A stretch of DNA of 63,201 bases, the filler included, from Collodictyon triciliatum (Eukaryota): NCBI GenBank assembly GCA_043381765.1. It is 6 parts of 6 records of this genome, joined end to end, with 100 filler letters (N's around TTAATTAATTAA, not from the genome) between each part and the next. Parts side by side here need not be neighbours in the genome. Positions count along the whole stretch, not along the records: positions 37,475 to 52,478 come from JBHJMP010002187.1; positions 52,579 to 58,223 come from JBHJMP010002190.1; positions 58,324 to 63,201 come from JBHJMP010002206.1; 3 more parts are not named here. One strand, 5' to 3'. Position 1 is the first letter of the stretch. Each line of letters begins with the position of its first letter. Positions 43,509 through 63,201 of this stretch are shown here, piece by piece. The notes beneath the pieces were generated by a model. The model worked only from the letters and a program-made list of their open reading frames with translations. It ran no database searches and was not told where the DNA came from. Both the position numbers and the translations under genes were made by a program.

Positions 43509-44599
43509 TCGAAGAAAAGGTAGTTCGTTTATATATTTTTATATCAATGTCTTCATTCGCCTTTTTTTTTTCTTAAATAAAAGAGAAAAAAAAACAATTG
43601 AGCTCCCTCGTTTGATCATGTCTGGGTCTCTACACTCTTGAAAGTTTTTGTATAGGTTTGTGCAAGCAAGCGCGCGGCTTTTTTTTTTTTCCTGTTTTCT
43701 TTTTCTTGCAAACCAGGTCAAATTGTTGGCAGGAAAAATCATGTGGATCATTCTTAATGGTTTCACATTCACCATGAGACTTTGTCATCCCCGACAGAAG
43801 AAAGCTTGACGACGGAGTTGTTGAGGTTACTCGGTCTTGGTGTGGGAGGCGGTGAATGTTATCAGGATTTGACCCGCTTGACCTGTTCACTTTTTTGTCT
43901 TGGCAATAACAGAGGCTGCCGTGTGTTTGTCTTGCCTTCGAAATTTGAATTTGAAATATTATAACTGAATCATAACCCATGAAACGAAAGACTAGAGAAC
44001 TTGAAATGGCGAAGGGGCAAGATAAAATATACACATATGTAAAAAGTAACGCTATTCGAAGAAAATTGCTTCATGGAAATAAAATCACTGTGTAACGGCG
44101 CAAAAAAAAAAAAAGGGTCGTGCTAGGAAGAAACCATCATGTGTCCATCCAGCCAGAAAATGACCCTCAAAAAAAAAAGAGTAGAAACCGTTACGCAGCG
44201 TTGATTTAATTGATTGAAAATGTCTCTTTATGAATTATAGAATGAATATTCACTGAAGAATATCTATATATGGTAAATATTCAGCACCACGTTTCGATTA
44301 AAATATACATATATGATACATTTTACTGAGTCTATAGAATAAAAAAAATCTTCGTGTGTGCTGCATAGTTGAATGTTCAAAATCTAAATGCCTTTTCCGT
44401 CTATGCTGTGACACCTCGAGTCGTGGACGACCGGTCTGGCTGGAGTTGTCTGGGCAGGAATCGAACCGCCCGTGCTGGCACAAACACTTGTTTATTGTCT
44501 GCAGCTCCATTTCCTCCACGCTGAATAGTCAAGTTGGCCGCCAATCGGTTGCTTTGGGGGTTGTGTGGGAGGGGAAGGGTATGTTTTATGAGCCTTGGT

Positions 44600-51939
<7,340 letters not shown>

Positions 51940-52344
51940 GTCTCCTGCTGCGGCTTCCTTGTGAGAGGCCCCTTTGCAATGACGCGAATAGTGTTTCCCT
52001 CTTTGCAAAACAGAGATACGCATTTAATAATAATAATAATAAAAATATTATTTTTATTATCAATAATTGTACATGTAATAGTAATGACCCAGTCCCGTTT
52101 CCACACACATTCAATATACTCTCAACAGCACAAAAAGTTTGTTATTCCGCAGAGTAAGTGTGAAAACGCTGATCGGCTTGAAAGTTAACCAACGCATTTG
52201 AATCATACAGCACAAGAGAATCGCAGCGGGAACTCCAGAAATGATTACCGTTGTACAAAAATGGTATGGATGAATCGCATGAGGGCAGAAGAGTATATTG
52301 CAGGATGTGAACAAAAGCCTTTCGTGCACCGCAAGGAACGCCTC

Positions 52345-52478
52345 TGAGTGAGTGAGTGAGTGAGTGAGTGAGTGGGTGGGTGGGTGAGTGAGTGAGTGAG
52401 TGAGTGAGTGAGTGAGTGAGTGAGTGAGTGAGTGAGTGAGTGAGTGAGTGAGTGAGTGAGTGAGTGAGTGAGTGAGTG
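52345..52478. repeat. (GAGT)n microsatellite
   Basis: Tetranucleotide run up to the linker. Confidence 0.95.
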
Positions 52479-52578
52479 NNNNNNNNNNNNNNNNNNNNNN
52501 NNNNNNNNNNNNNNNNNNNNNNTTAATTAATTAANNNNNNNNNNNNNNNNNNNNNNNNNNNNNNNNNNNNNNNNNNNN
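52479..52578. other. Artificial scaffold linker
   Basis: N44-TTAATTAATTAA-N44. Confidence 0.95.
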
Positions 52579-52700
52579 TTATTATTTTATTAGTTTATTA
52601 GTTTATTAGTTTATTAGTTTATTAGTTTATTAGTTTATTAGTTTATTAGTTTATTAGTTTATTAGTTTATTAGTTTATTAATTTATTAGTTTACTAGTTT
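52579..52700. repeat. (TTTATTAG)n repeat
   Basis: Visible 8-mer units. Confidence 0.9.
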
Positions 52701-52738
52701 GCAGCAGACAATGGTAAAGAAAGAGAACAGAAAATAAC

Positions 52739-53049
52739 CTTTCCTTCAGGGTTGGAACTCAGTTCATTAATGTACCGTGATAACTCCCCAATTTTCGAAT
52801 CGATTTGGACTGTGTGGTATTAAGTGCGATACGACACGTTCTGGTTATTGATTAACCTCGCACGCGGAAAGATTTGAAATCATATATTTAGGTTTGCTTT
52901 ACGAATGAAAATAGGAGAGAGAAAAACCTTCGGTAGGTTGGTCTGCTTCGTCATCGCTGTAAACAGAACAGATTTGAGGTATGATGCTGTCATGAGGGCG
53001 CCCCTGTATAGTTCAATGGAATTTAATAATAATCATACATTAATGAGCC

Positions 53050-53142
<93 letters not shown>

Positions 53143-56100
53143 TGGGCCAATTTTATCAGAAAAAATAGTGAGTATATCGTATAAATAGACCATGAATTTT
53201 TCCAGCAATTTTTTCATTCCATGGCAACCTTCAGGACAAAATATCTAAATCATGGATCATATGCTGTTATGGAACTGCTATTCATAGAGTTATCGACTTG
53301 TCAGGTCTTTGAAAGACAGAAGACTCTTTTATATAACTGCATATATGAATTAGATACATTTGTATATTTTAGCATTAAACTATATATCCACTTTTCCTTC
53401 GACGACTCTGTACCCGGCCCATTTTAGGCTGCGATTGCAACCGTGGCATGCAACACATTCTCGGTGGAATGTTTGTCCAAGAATCTTAGCAAGGGGCTGC
53501 TTGGTGGCCATCTTTTAAATGTACAAGAGGTGAGAAATTTTATGATGTAATCGTATGTTGAGTATTGCGTGTGTGACTATATTGATGTTCATGCACAGTT
53601 AGTGTCAACGTTATATGTTTAAACGACATGGACAAGGAAAGTGAAGAGAAGATGACTTTTCCGCATCCTCCACATATTTGAAAAAATCCCTGCTCGCAAT
53701 TCGAGCATGTAATTGACCCATCTTCCTTAATGATGACCTAATCCGTGAATGTAAAGATTGCGTAATGCAAATAGGTATTGTAAGAAGGGTTAAATGGATA
53801 ATAATATAAAGATGGAAAGACGAAAGAGAAGGCTACTAGAAGCGATTTGTATTAAAAGGAAAGTATATTATTTCCATTCACAACTCATCCAAAACAAAAG
53901 AAGCTCTTGATAACGCACCTCAACTCCATGCAGATTAAGTTGACATCTATCACACGTCAAGCAACCAGTGTGATAGGTGGTGTTTTTATGCGTAATGAAA
54001 AAGTCATCGATTTTGACTTCTTTTTCACATCGACCGCATAACTAAATTGTAGACATTTTACTATGTTATTAGACAAGAAAATTTTGAAGTTTGTGATCAT
54101 TTTAGTGCAACGTGTTCATTTAAAAAATTGGGAAGGGATTGAACTTTGCCATACTTCATGAAATGGATGGGGATTTGGGTGCAACTCAGATGAAGCTTGT
54201 TGATTGAGCTCGAATCCTGGCAACAGTAAGGGCGTATAGTTTAATATATTTGTACTTTGTATGGCAATAAATCATTTTGCAACCTTTTTCCTCTACATCA
54301 GAACGGCTTCGTCCTTCTTGTAGGTCTAATATTCGTTGGTCGACTAATGTTACCAATTTTACACTACTTTTCATTATTTCGCCAGAGGAAGTGAGCACTG
54401 CCTGCGTTTACATGGGGTGTTAGTTTATCTAGCATTCAAAAATATGAATATACTTTGTAGCTGTCCTTTTTATTTGCCTGATGTTATTTGACATTGTTAT
54501 GTTTTAATTATTTTCCTTCTTTTAAAAAGATGAAGGTGAAATTTTGTCTGTCTACATAAAAATAGCCCACAAACCTCTTTCTTGGCCTCTTCCACATCTT
54601 TAAAGAAAATATCAATTCGGAATCCAGAGGAAAAATGCTTCCCTTGTGTGTCCTTTTTGTTGAGTTTTTAGATCTTATGTTTTTTGATGTATAACTGAAA
54701 AAATAATTGTATTTTCATGCATATTTCACGAGGATTGCGATCAACAACTATTTTACACGCCCTTGGTAGAAAAAAATTGTGTAAGGAACCTTGCAGGCGA
54801 TATCAAGGTCACGCCTCCAAAGGGTGATAACTCTGTTCCTAACGAACCCGGTATTTATCCAGAAATGAAACATCTTTCCCTATACTCAATTTTATGGTTA
54901 TGATTATTATGATTATTAAGTCAATCATTTTTTCCTTTATTCAATTCAAAAAGCAGCGAGGTTATGCATTATTAAGTCAATCATATCTCGACTCTGTTCT
55001 TTGAATCGAATTAAGGGAAAAAATATCTCGACTCCGTTCGAACATCCTATATCATAATAGACTGAAGGAGAATTCTTCGTTTCTTTGTTTCTTTGGTATT
55101 CTTTAAGTTTGGACAAGAAGGACTTGTGAATTTTTGTTTTATATTCTGGATATGCATGGAAAAGTTTTATTTCCTTTATTCGATTGACTTTCATGGAAAA
55201 TATATTGTTAATCATTCGAAATATTACCTTTGTAAAATTCTGATGGAAAAATTCTATTTTGACATCTTTCCATATACACGTGTTTCTACAATCAAAGTCA
55301 ACCACATCTCTACCCTTAGCATCTCCCTACGATAAAAACAATATTGTAGGCAAGGCAATATAAAGCTTTAGGATTAAACATTGATTTTGCAAAAACTTTT
55401 CAAGCTGCTTGAAATACAGTGATATAATTTCGTACTATGGGTCGTGCATGAAATATTGTATTTCCCCTTTGGACGATAGCGATGTAAGGATCTGAATTAT
55501 TTAATATGATATAATCAAACGAGGTAGCGAGTTTTCAAACATAGAGGATTTAAGAAAATATAATAGGAAAAGAAAGGACGGAGATAGTACTACTTTTATA
55601 TTTGATGGCTATATTGAAATAGATTACCACAACCCCCCGTTAGTTTGAAATTTGGAATAGAATGCATGCGAATGCGATGTAAAGCCAAAACTTTTTGATT
55701 AATCTGTAGAGTTTGAATGCGTTTTTACTTATAATAGAGATATTGCTCATACTTTGAATCGAATAAGGGGGAAATATAAGAAAAATTGATGATTCCATTT
55801 TTATTTAAGATTTTAGAGATTAAATATATCGTTCCATTCAATTTTTTAAAAAGGTATTGATAATCGTGATTAGAATAATTTCATGGCTTGTTCTAGTTTA
55901 AAAAAACTGGTACAGGTTTCTTGATTCCTTGTTCATAATATTCGACGTATCGACGTTGGCTTGGAATTGTCACCCCCTATTGAAAAAGACATTCATATCA
56001 TCCAGAGGAGAGGAAAGAAGCAATATTATTTTTTAATTAGTAACATATTGAAGTGTTCGAAGATAATAACGAATCTCTCACTTCGCCATTTAATGTGCGC

Positions 56101-57527
56101 TGAACTCCGAAGAATTGTAATGCGTTGGAAGCAGTGTTGTACTGGCCCAGTGACATTAGAAGACACGATATCATCGTCCCTGTTCGGCCCTAGATTTTTT
56201 TATGGACATTTGGACGATAATTGAGAAGGTAGGATATTGTAAATCATGAAATTACAACTATATTTGAAAGTTCTCGACGTTACAATTTCTTTGTGTTCTA
56301 TCATTTTATGCAAGAAGGTGAGTTCTGGTCATGGGTCGCTAGCCATGCTGAAATTACATTTAAAAAGAAAAGTACTTTTCCTGCTTTACAATGAATCGCT
56401 GCAACATTTTCTGGATGATGCTCTAACCAAGCTTTCTGTAATTGTAGATTATTAAAAAAAAATTGGATTCATTACACTTATTCAGGAAAATTTATATATA
56501 AACATGGAATTACCAAATAAAAGGAAATTTTCAAAGAGAAGGAAAATCAATTAGATATTAAATCCTACCACATCCATACAAAATTCATCAATCATATCAT
56601 ACGGAGGCGGGCAGTGATCCTCAAATGGGTAAACTGCCACTATGTGGGGTGTTGTTCCCAAAGAAAAATGTTTATTACCATCTAATTAATATGACAGAGA
56701 GATCCGTTAGTTATTTTTCTCTATTGCATTTTTCTTACCTCTGTCATGAAATTTTGATATATCGTACTTTCTTTCAATACACCTACACATAAGTAGAAAA
56801 CACAAAAATAATACATTAAGTATGGATATAACAGAGTGGCTATACAAAATATGCATATCTTCATGTAAATACATGATCTCATGTAAGGCTGTGAGTGTGT
56901 ATTTTTAATTAAAAAGAGGCAAGTAGATTTGAGTGAGTACAGATTGTAGACTTTGTAGTGGTCTTTGTGCTGGGTGTCCAGGAATCTGAACAGAGTGATA
57001 AATTCATCGAATGACTATGGAATAGTATCTCGCATGGTTCTCTTTTGAAAATATTGTTTTTCTTTGTTTGATTCAAAGTTCCTTTTTTTTAAAATATATA
57101 ATGAGAAAGTAGTCCAACCAAATTGAACCGGTTTAATGAAATAGTTTTGCAACCTGATTACTTCGGATATGGGGTTGCGGTATATTCCTTCCACTGCCTC
57201 TGAAGGAAATCCCTGTGCAATCATCATAATCACAAGGAGTGAGAAGGTACATTCATGAAAAATATATGTTTTATGTTCTTTTTCATCTTTTCCTAGATTC
57301 ATATCCTAACCATTCCAATGATCCTATCGGTGATATCTGTCAGATTTTGTTAAGGGATTGCACTCGATGAAGTAGAGTAGAGTAATTACACCATGTATAT
57401 GATGGGCATGGATAATGTAAGTTTCATAAAAAGAATACAAACAATATAGATTAGTTAATATGACATAAAACCCAACAAACAATTCAATGATAAGAGCGAA
57501 AGGGACTACCAAAATGATCAGAGCCTC

Positions 57528-57624
<97 letters not shown>

Positions 57625-57763
57625 CGCCACAATTTGCGAAAGAGACAAAAGAAAAATATCGTCCAAAGAAATTACAATCAAGGATACAAGATAGGTCAAG
57701 GTCGAATCCAGCTTGTTGGAACCGCTTCTTCTTTCCTGACACGACTTGGCGTAACCTTGACAT
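52739..57763 (-). CDS. PTEN: PTEN-family phosphoinositide phosphatase (PTP + C2) with two C-terminal LIM domains; about 22 exons, 3'-truncated
   Basis: MSRLRQVVSGKKKRFQQAGFDLDLS|YITDRIIGM|GFPSEAVEGIYRN...YKVYNL|C...YPFEDHCPP...VAAIHCKAGK|GRTG...|GVTIPSQRRYV...DVKIEFFH...|MFHFWINT...DLDIACK|D. This is followed in frame by LCGRC...YHTGCLTCDRC...TCSNC and ICGGC...FHRECVACHGC...IFCPEGC. Confidence 0.92.
53050..53140. repeat. (TTGA)n intronic microsatellite
   Basis: Perfect run. Confidence 0.95.
54912..54984 (-). mobile_element. Ultra-short retro-type insertion, tail family A (39 nt) with 17-bp TSD, in PTEN intron
   Basis: ATTATTAAGTCAATCAT at 54912-54928 and 54968-54984. The insert reverse complement GCATAACCTCGCTGCTTTTTGAATTGAATAAAGGAAAAA matches 6920-6958. 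Confidence 0.85.
54983..55039 (+). mobile_element. Ultra-short retro-type insertion, tail family A (23 nt) with 17-bp TSD, in PTEN intron
   Basis: ATATCTCGACTCTGTTC (54983-54999) and ATATCTCGACTCCGTTC (55023-55039) flank TTTGAATCGAATTAAGGGAAAAA. Confidence 0.85.
57528..57625. repeat. (CAA)n microsatellite in PTEN intron 1
   Basis: Perfect run. It explains the spurious poly-Q, poly-C and poly-V ORFs. Confidence 0.95.
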
Positions 57764-58223
57764 TCTTTTGCTGCAAATCAAATAACAACAAATTACCCAA
57801 AAGGCCATCCCTACTTTTTATCCTACTCTACTAGTTTATTTTGTATGGTTTTTCATCCCTTGAAATAACATCTGCAAATAACAAAGCAATATGTTGTGTC
57901 TTTATATAGATATGGAAAAGCTCCAGAAGCCAGCATGCTCCACCGCTTTGATCGCAAAGTATAGTTGTTGTATTATGTTGTTCTTGTTGGAGCATCAACA
58001 CCCATTTCCTCGGCCGTGTTGCCGAGCGGGTCAGATTCATTTTGGTCGAGCGAAAGTGACGAATCAGCTAAGAAAAAATGACGTGAAAAATATAGTATCG
58101 TACATTATGTGTCGAACTTTACTTTAAGGAGCCGCCATTCTAGGAAAAATCCGTTTTGTTTAATCAACGAATCTGGAATTTTTCGTTGCATCATTTTATT
58201 TGTTGCCTTTGGTTGTTATTTTG

Positions 58224-58323
58224 NNNNNNNNNNNNNNNNNNNNNNNNNNNNNNNNNNNNNNNNNNNNTTAATTAATTAANNNNNNNNNNNNNNNNNNNNN
58301 NNNNNNNNNNNNNNNNNNNNNNN
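58224..58323. other. Artificial scaffold linker
   Basis: N44-TTAATTAATTAA-N44. Confidence 0.95.
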
Positions 58324-59270
58324 GGGTCGAAGCTCGCGTAGATATGGCATCTCATTCCTCTCCATGGAAGCACTCTTCTGGTGACGTCAATTTTTCTTCG
58401 AAGTTGTGGGGTGTGCCTCCGTTGTCCGGCGAAGCAACACCCCAGCTGCCCCTGGATTGGGTTATAAACGAGGGCACAACCGAGGAGAGGCTCAGGGAAT
58501 CGTGAATACAGGGCCGGAATCACACACACAGCGGCGCCCTGTGGGGTTTGAATCACGTTCGCGCAGGTCAGATGATGTCCCACGGCCAAGCCTGGACTAC
58601 ACCGTCTGCCCCTCGGTAAAGAAATCATGTGATAGCAAGTTGGTCTGGTGGGCAACTCAACTGTTGATTTGATTGTTGAGTAGCAGAAGTTGGAATATGC
58701 TGTGGGAGATTATTGCACGACACATTCCAAACATCTCTCTTCGCTTGCGGTCAGAGTAGCGAAGAAATGCGAGCGTGTTACAACAGCTGTTCAGGAAGCT
58801 GTAATTAACACGAGGCTCTCAAGCATGGATAGACATTGATTTCTCGTTCGGAGTGGAATTCATTGGAAGCGAGAGAATGCACGCACACTCCATAAGGTCC
58901 CACAAGCATAATGTCCAATGATGCCCAGAGTATTCTAAGAGTCATGGGGTCATTTATTATTGTGCGCCAAAACAGGATGTCAGACGCGCTGAATCGTTGG
59001 GAGGCATAAATCAAGCTCAGAGAGAATCATTGGTGGGTAGCCTCTGTCACTTTTTGAGCAAGAGAGCACTTTTCGAACAAATGTGTGTTTGATAGAATCA
59101 TCTCCACTATGTCACATGGTGCATTCTGGAGAGTTACTTGCGCATGGACTTCGCGCGCACCTATCCACGCTCTGTGTTGGAAGATATTGATAAGTAGGGC
59201 GCCGGTGTTCGGTAGCAGATGAGGTATACAGACTTTGCTTCCAGCTTTGACTATCGCGGGTCTATAATGC
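58324..59270 (-). mobile_element. Decayed ORF2 C-terminus and 3' UTR of a second, diverged L1/Tx1-like family
   Basis: The frameshifted translation LLINIFQHRAWIGARE...ECTM*HSGDDSIKH.LFEKCSLAQKV...GTLWSVRAFS...NYSFLNSCCNTLAFLRYSDRKRR aligns by eye to LMLNITNRELWIGTRA...QCTLCSNGGEPIEHTFVQCPFAQNL...WTMWIARIYS...QISFLNSFLRHLRVLYYSDPVRR at 36900-37374. Confidence 0.7.
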
Positions 59271-62102
59271 TATAGTTTCGGCCCCAACGACTCATCTTCT
59301 ACTTTTTTAATTAATTCTGGCTGAAGACCTTATTTTAAAAAAACTGCATCTATTTTTCAAAATGAAAGCTTTCTGTTGTTTGTTGTTATCGCATGTTGTC
59401 AGTATGATAGAGAAGCTTGAAATTTCAATAATAATGAATATACATACTGCGTGAGGACATCTGTCTCTTCCAGTGATGGCATTAAATATAAACGAAGTTC
59501 TAAACTGATTAATTTTCATCATTATAGAATCAGAATAGTATTTTCTAGAATTTCATAAGATCAAAATTCCTTAATTGCTGAAATAACAAGTGAGAATTAA
59601 CCTGATTATTCCTACTGCTATTCATTGCCAATATGTTCTATCTCACCTGCAACACACTCAAATTTGAAAAAACATCAAATTTTCTCAACCACAGAAAGAA
59701 GCTGTCAAACTGATGAGTTCTGCCAGATCACGATAATGAGCAATACCGAAGACAGAAAGTTTAAAAACACCCAAAGACCCGAGGAAAATTGTATTCCTGT
59801 TTAATGTCCCAATACTATTAATCTAGACTTCAATGCTAAGGAATCCTAATTTATAAGAAACAAGTTTAGTCGTCTCGTTATAGGTCGCGTGAAAGCCTGA
59901 AAGTTGTGAATAGGCCCCTTGTTTGCAATCCTGAAAGACTGATGAAATTACATAGCCCGTAATGTTATGATTTTGTGCTTCTTTTGAAATTTGGTGGTCA
60001 TTTATTGTCCGATTTTAACGTCAATCAATTGAAGCAAGGTTTTGATGAAAGCATTTAAAAATATAACAAATCCAATCCATTTAATAGGGGGTTGGCTGTG
60101 AAGTTGTCTTAATTACGTCATCTCACTATTTTGTTGTCGATATTATTTCAGACCAAAATTGTCGAAAATGTTTTCGGTGAACTTAAAAAGATATTCCGGG
60201 GTACGAAATCAAGGTATGGAAATAATTTCACACTCAATATCTGCTCTACATGAAAAAGAATTTCGGACTATCTTTGAAAATAAATAGACCAATAAAACAA
60301 CAATAGGAACTAGTAGACTATACAGAGCAAATAGTGACCTTTTCAAAACCGAAGCAATAGTACCAACAGGCTAACACAATATGCAGAATTATTACTAGGT
60401 TTCCTGAAAGATTTTTTTTTTATTGAAATATCATTGATGAAAGCTGGAAAGAGAGACCCAAGAGCAGGGTTTTTTCACCCTTCCTTTATGCTAAACAAAT
60501 GAAGTAATAATAATGGCCAACAGGCTGGGTTGATGCTCGAAAAAAATCCTGGAGTGTAGAAAAGAACGACAGTTACTCAACCAAATCTGAATGCACGAAA
60601 GGGGAGCATTGGATATCTTGATGATCAAAGCAAGGTTCATATACATCGCCGAGAGGTATACGCTTCAGATAGAAATTATGTTATTTCTGGACTGCAAGGA
60701 TAGAATGTCTATAATGGGATTCACTGAAGTCAAAATTAGCTCGCATAAAAAATTCTTGTATAACACTAGATTTGAGGATACGAAAATGTAATCGTGTAAT
60801 TTTAATTACCAATAGAAATGGGGTCAGAAAACTATTATCATGTATGGGTCCGAATCATTGTTTACAATTGGTTCACATTACCAGATTTTTTTAAGAAAGA
60901 GCGATGATGTTTAAAGTACTTATCGATAAGAGAAACAGACTTTTCAAGGTAATGCCTCAAAAGTTTTTGGCGTAAACGTGAAAGCCGGATAATTGAGTTC
61001 AACAAGGGAAAAGAACTGCTTTTTAAATTTTAAAAGGAAATCATCATTCCAACTCTTCCAAATATGCATCAAGCCAATTTTTGCCGCAAATTTGCTGCTG
61101 ATGAGGCATCATTTCGGTGTGAAAGAATTAACTTAAACTCATTTTTCATTACCTTAATAGAAAACCAGCTATAAGGTTTTTTACCTTTAAAGGAAAAAGA
61201 AAGCAAAAAGATAATGTTGTTCTAATCATCGTCCGTCACGAAAGACCTGTGAAGAACACTGACGAGAAAGATTTCTGTTCTTGTCGAAAAATATGGAAGA
61301 AGATGGGATATAAATCTGCTATGAAATTAGTAAGATGGAAGATTCCATCAAGCTTATTCAAGAATGCAAAAGCCTTATAATTGGTCATCACGGTGCCGGT
61401 TTTGTCAACATGTTGTTTCTACTGTCGACCCAGTAATAATAAGAAATACATGATACAACCCCCAATGGCTTCAAAAAGGGACCACCAGGTATTGTTGACT
61501 GCTAATGTGTAATGGCAAGAAAACTGCAAATTTCCGTTATACTGGCTATTGAAGGTGAACAAGGGCGATTCTATGATAATCCCCAAAGTCATGAGAATAT
61601 GTGACAAAAATGATGGGAATAATAGTGACATAAATTTTCAATCATATAATATAGCACGAAATTTTCAGTCCTACTTCACATGGAAAATTTTGAATCGAAA
61701 AAAAAAATTAGAAATAAAAGGCACAATACTTCATATGCAAATTTGGTAAAAATTCAAAGTGTGAGGGTAAAATTAATATGTTAGGCGTAGAAAATAAAGA
61801 AGAGAAACAATTTCAATATAATTTTTCTTTCATAAATTTGTAATTCTTTTTTTCCATTTTCGGTTAAAAAATTAATAATGTTTATATAATAATCGTAATT
61901 TACAAATTACTTAATCTTGAAAACTTCATGTTAATTAAATAAATATTTTTACATTGGTCATTTTGCGTCTAAATTTTCTGGTAAAAAAAGCCGAGGAAAC
62001 CGCCTTCGCCTCTAGAACAATAATGAGCTGTGGACGTGACCGTGGAACCCAACCAGATTGTGTGGTTGGAGTTTTTTGTGTTTCGGGTGGAAAGAAAAGA
62101 AA

Positions 62103-63201
62103 ATAGAAAAGGAAGAGAAAGTGTTCTCAACGCAGGCTATTTAACCCGAGGTGAATTCCCCAGCTTCGACACGATTTCTGGTGTATTCGAGACTGATAGG
62201 ATATAGCGGAATTAAATCGTCGGGTTGAATAAGAAGTACGGCCACATATGACTGTAAGTTACCTAATAGATTACGAAGAAGTCCTTTCAACCATCTATCT
62301 AGAACAAGATTTACATCCTACTACTTCATTCCAACAGGGTGAGTCTTTTGAAGAGACAACGGTCCCTTTTCTTCGTTTCTTGATGGGCGACTCAACTCTG
62401 ACAAAAAAGCGATACATCGTGTTCATCTGTATTATCGGAAGTGACAACTTGACCTTCCACTAGTTTCGGAACCATGCGTAGCCGGCAGTGGGACTTTGCT
62501 TAACCGAGTATGGATACGCGTTTGTGTTTTAGTAACATACGCTCTGCTGCTCGGACTGTCTTTGGTGCGTGAAGTTGCAAGCTTGGATTCGATTTGTGGG
62601 TGTTTGCTCCTTGCTCCTTGGTTCTCGGTGCGACGGGTTGGGGCAGGATAACGGATTATCTTTGGGTCCTGTGGTTCTTGTGTTGGCTTCGCTTTGGGGT
62701 ATCCTTTCGATAAGTAACTGAAGACTGCCTTGGTGGCCATCCTATGTTTAACCATATTCACGTCAGTCTGAATGGGTAGTTTAAGGGGGATTCTTTCGGG
62801 GTTTGGAGATGCGCTGCTCTTGGGTCTTGTAATGCAGGCTTGTCCGGTGTTGGCGGTGGAGGGCTCGAGTGCGAAAGAGTCTAAAGAGGAACCGAGATTT
62901 CCTTCCATGTCAATCATCGCTGTCGCTGTAATGGCGCGGTATCTGCTGTGAGTCTTGTGGACTCTGTGTTGTAATGGCCGCTTGATTCCTTGACCCCGTT
63001 GCTGCTTGTCTGCTTGGCAGGTGTATTCTTTGCGGGGCTTTTACTTGTCGTTTGTTGTTCGCGGCTTGCGGACGCTCTTTGAGGATGCGCTTTGGACACT
63101 TTTTGCCCATGACTGTAAACTTTGCAGGGAGCTGGTTCTTATGACAAAGAAGCTTCACCACGGCCGTGTCTGTAAAGAAGCCTTTGTCCTTTTTTGATCT
63201 C
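62103..63201 (-). mobile_element. Decayed L1/Tx1-like ORF1 fragment, copy 3 (runs off window)
   Basis: Colinear with 35496-36570. Confidence 0.75.

Noticed and set aside
54929-55022. Apparent TIR element carrying an internal copy of its own empty target site (guide-like)
   Set aside because: Fully explained by two adjacent, oppositely oriented insertions, each with its own TSD; kept as a finding in that form.
59300-61700. Hydrophobic coding-like stretches on the minus strand (possible membrane-protein pseudogene)
   Set aside because: Frequent stops, no consistent splicing and no recognisable motif.

Overview
Eukaryotic (protist-like), AT-rich, very intron-dense genomic DNA read with the standard code and GT-AG introns. 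The window is six unrelated scaffolds joined by artificial N44-TTAATTAATTAA-N44 linkers (12399-12498, 24890-24989, 37375-37474, 52479-52578, 58224-58323), so adjacency across linkers means nothing. I reconstructed these genes by manual splicing: an axonemal dynein light chain-domain protein, DOLPP1, a CH + DUF4062 protein (partial), a SOL-type calpain (CAPN15), a coiled-coil/GYPQ-repeat protein (partial), AP5B1 (partial), a 2R-Myb factor, SF1/BBP (partial), a two-catalytic-domain transmembrane adenylyl cyclase (partial), a Par3/HAL-N + 7xSH3 + p25alpha-like protein, and a PTEN with two C-terminal LIM domains (partial). Mobile DNA consists of decayed L1/Tx1-like non-LTR fragments (three ORF1 pieces, two diverged ORF2 tails). 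The most striking signal is at least eight ultra-short (18-59 nt) insertions of retroelement-type 3' tails, each flanked by a 16-18 bp target-site duplication and falling into two tail families. One of those families is demonstrably the 3' end of the resident LINE. All family assignments come from motif recognition by eye, no searches were run, and exon coordinates are approximate.
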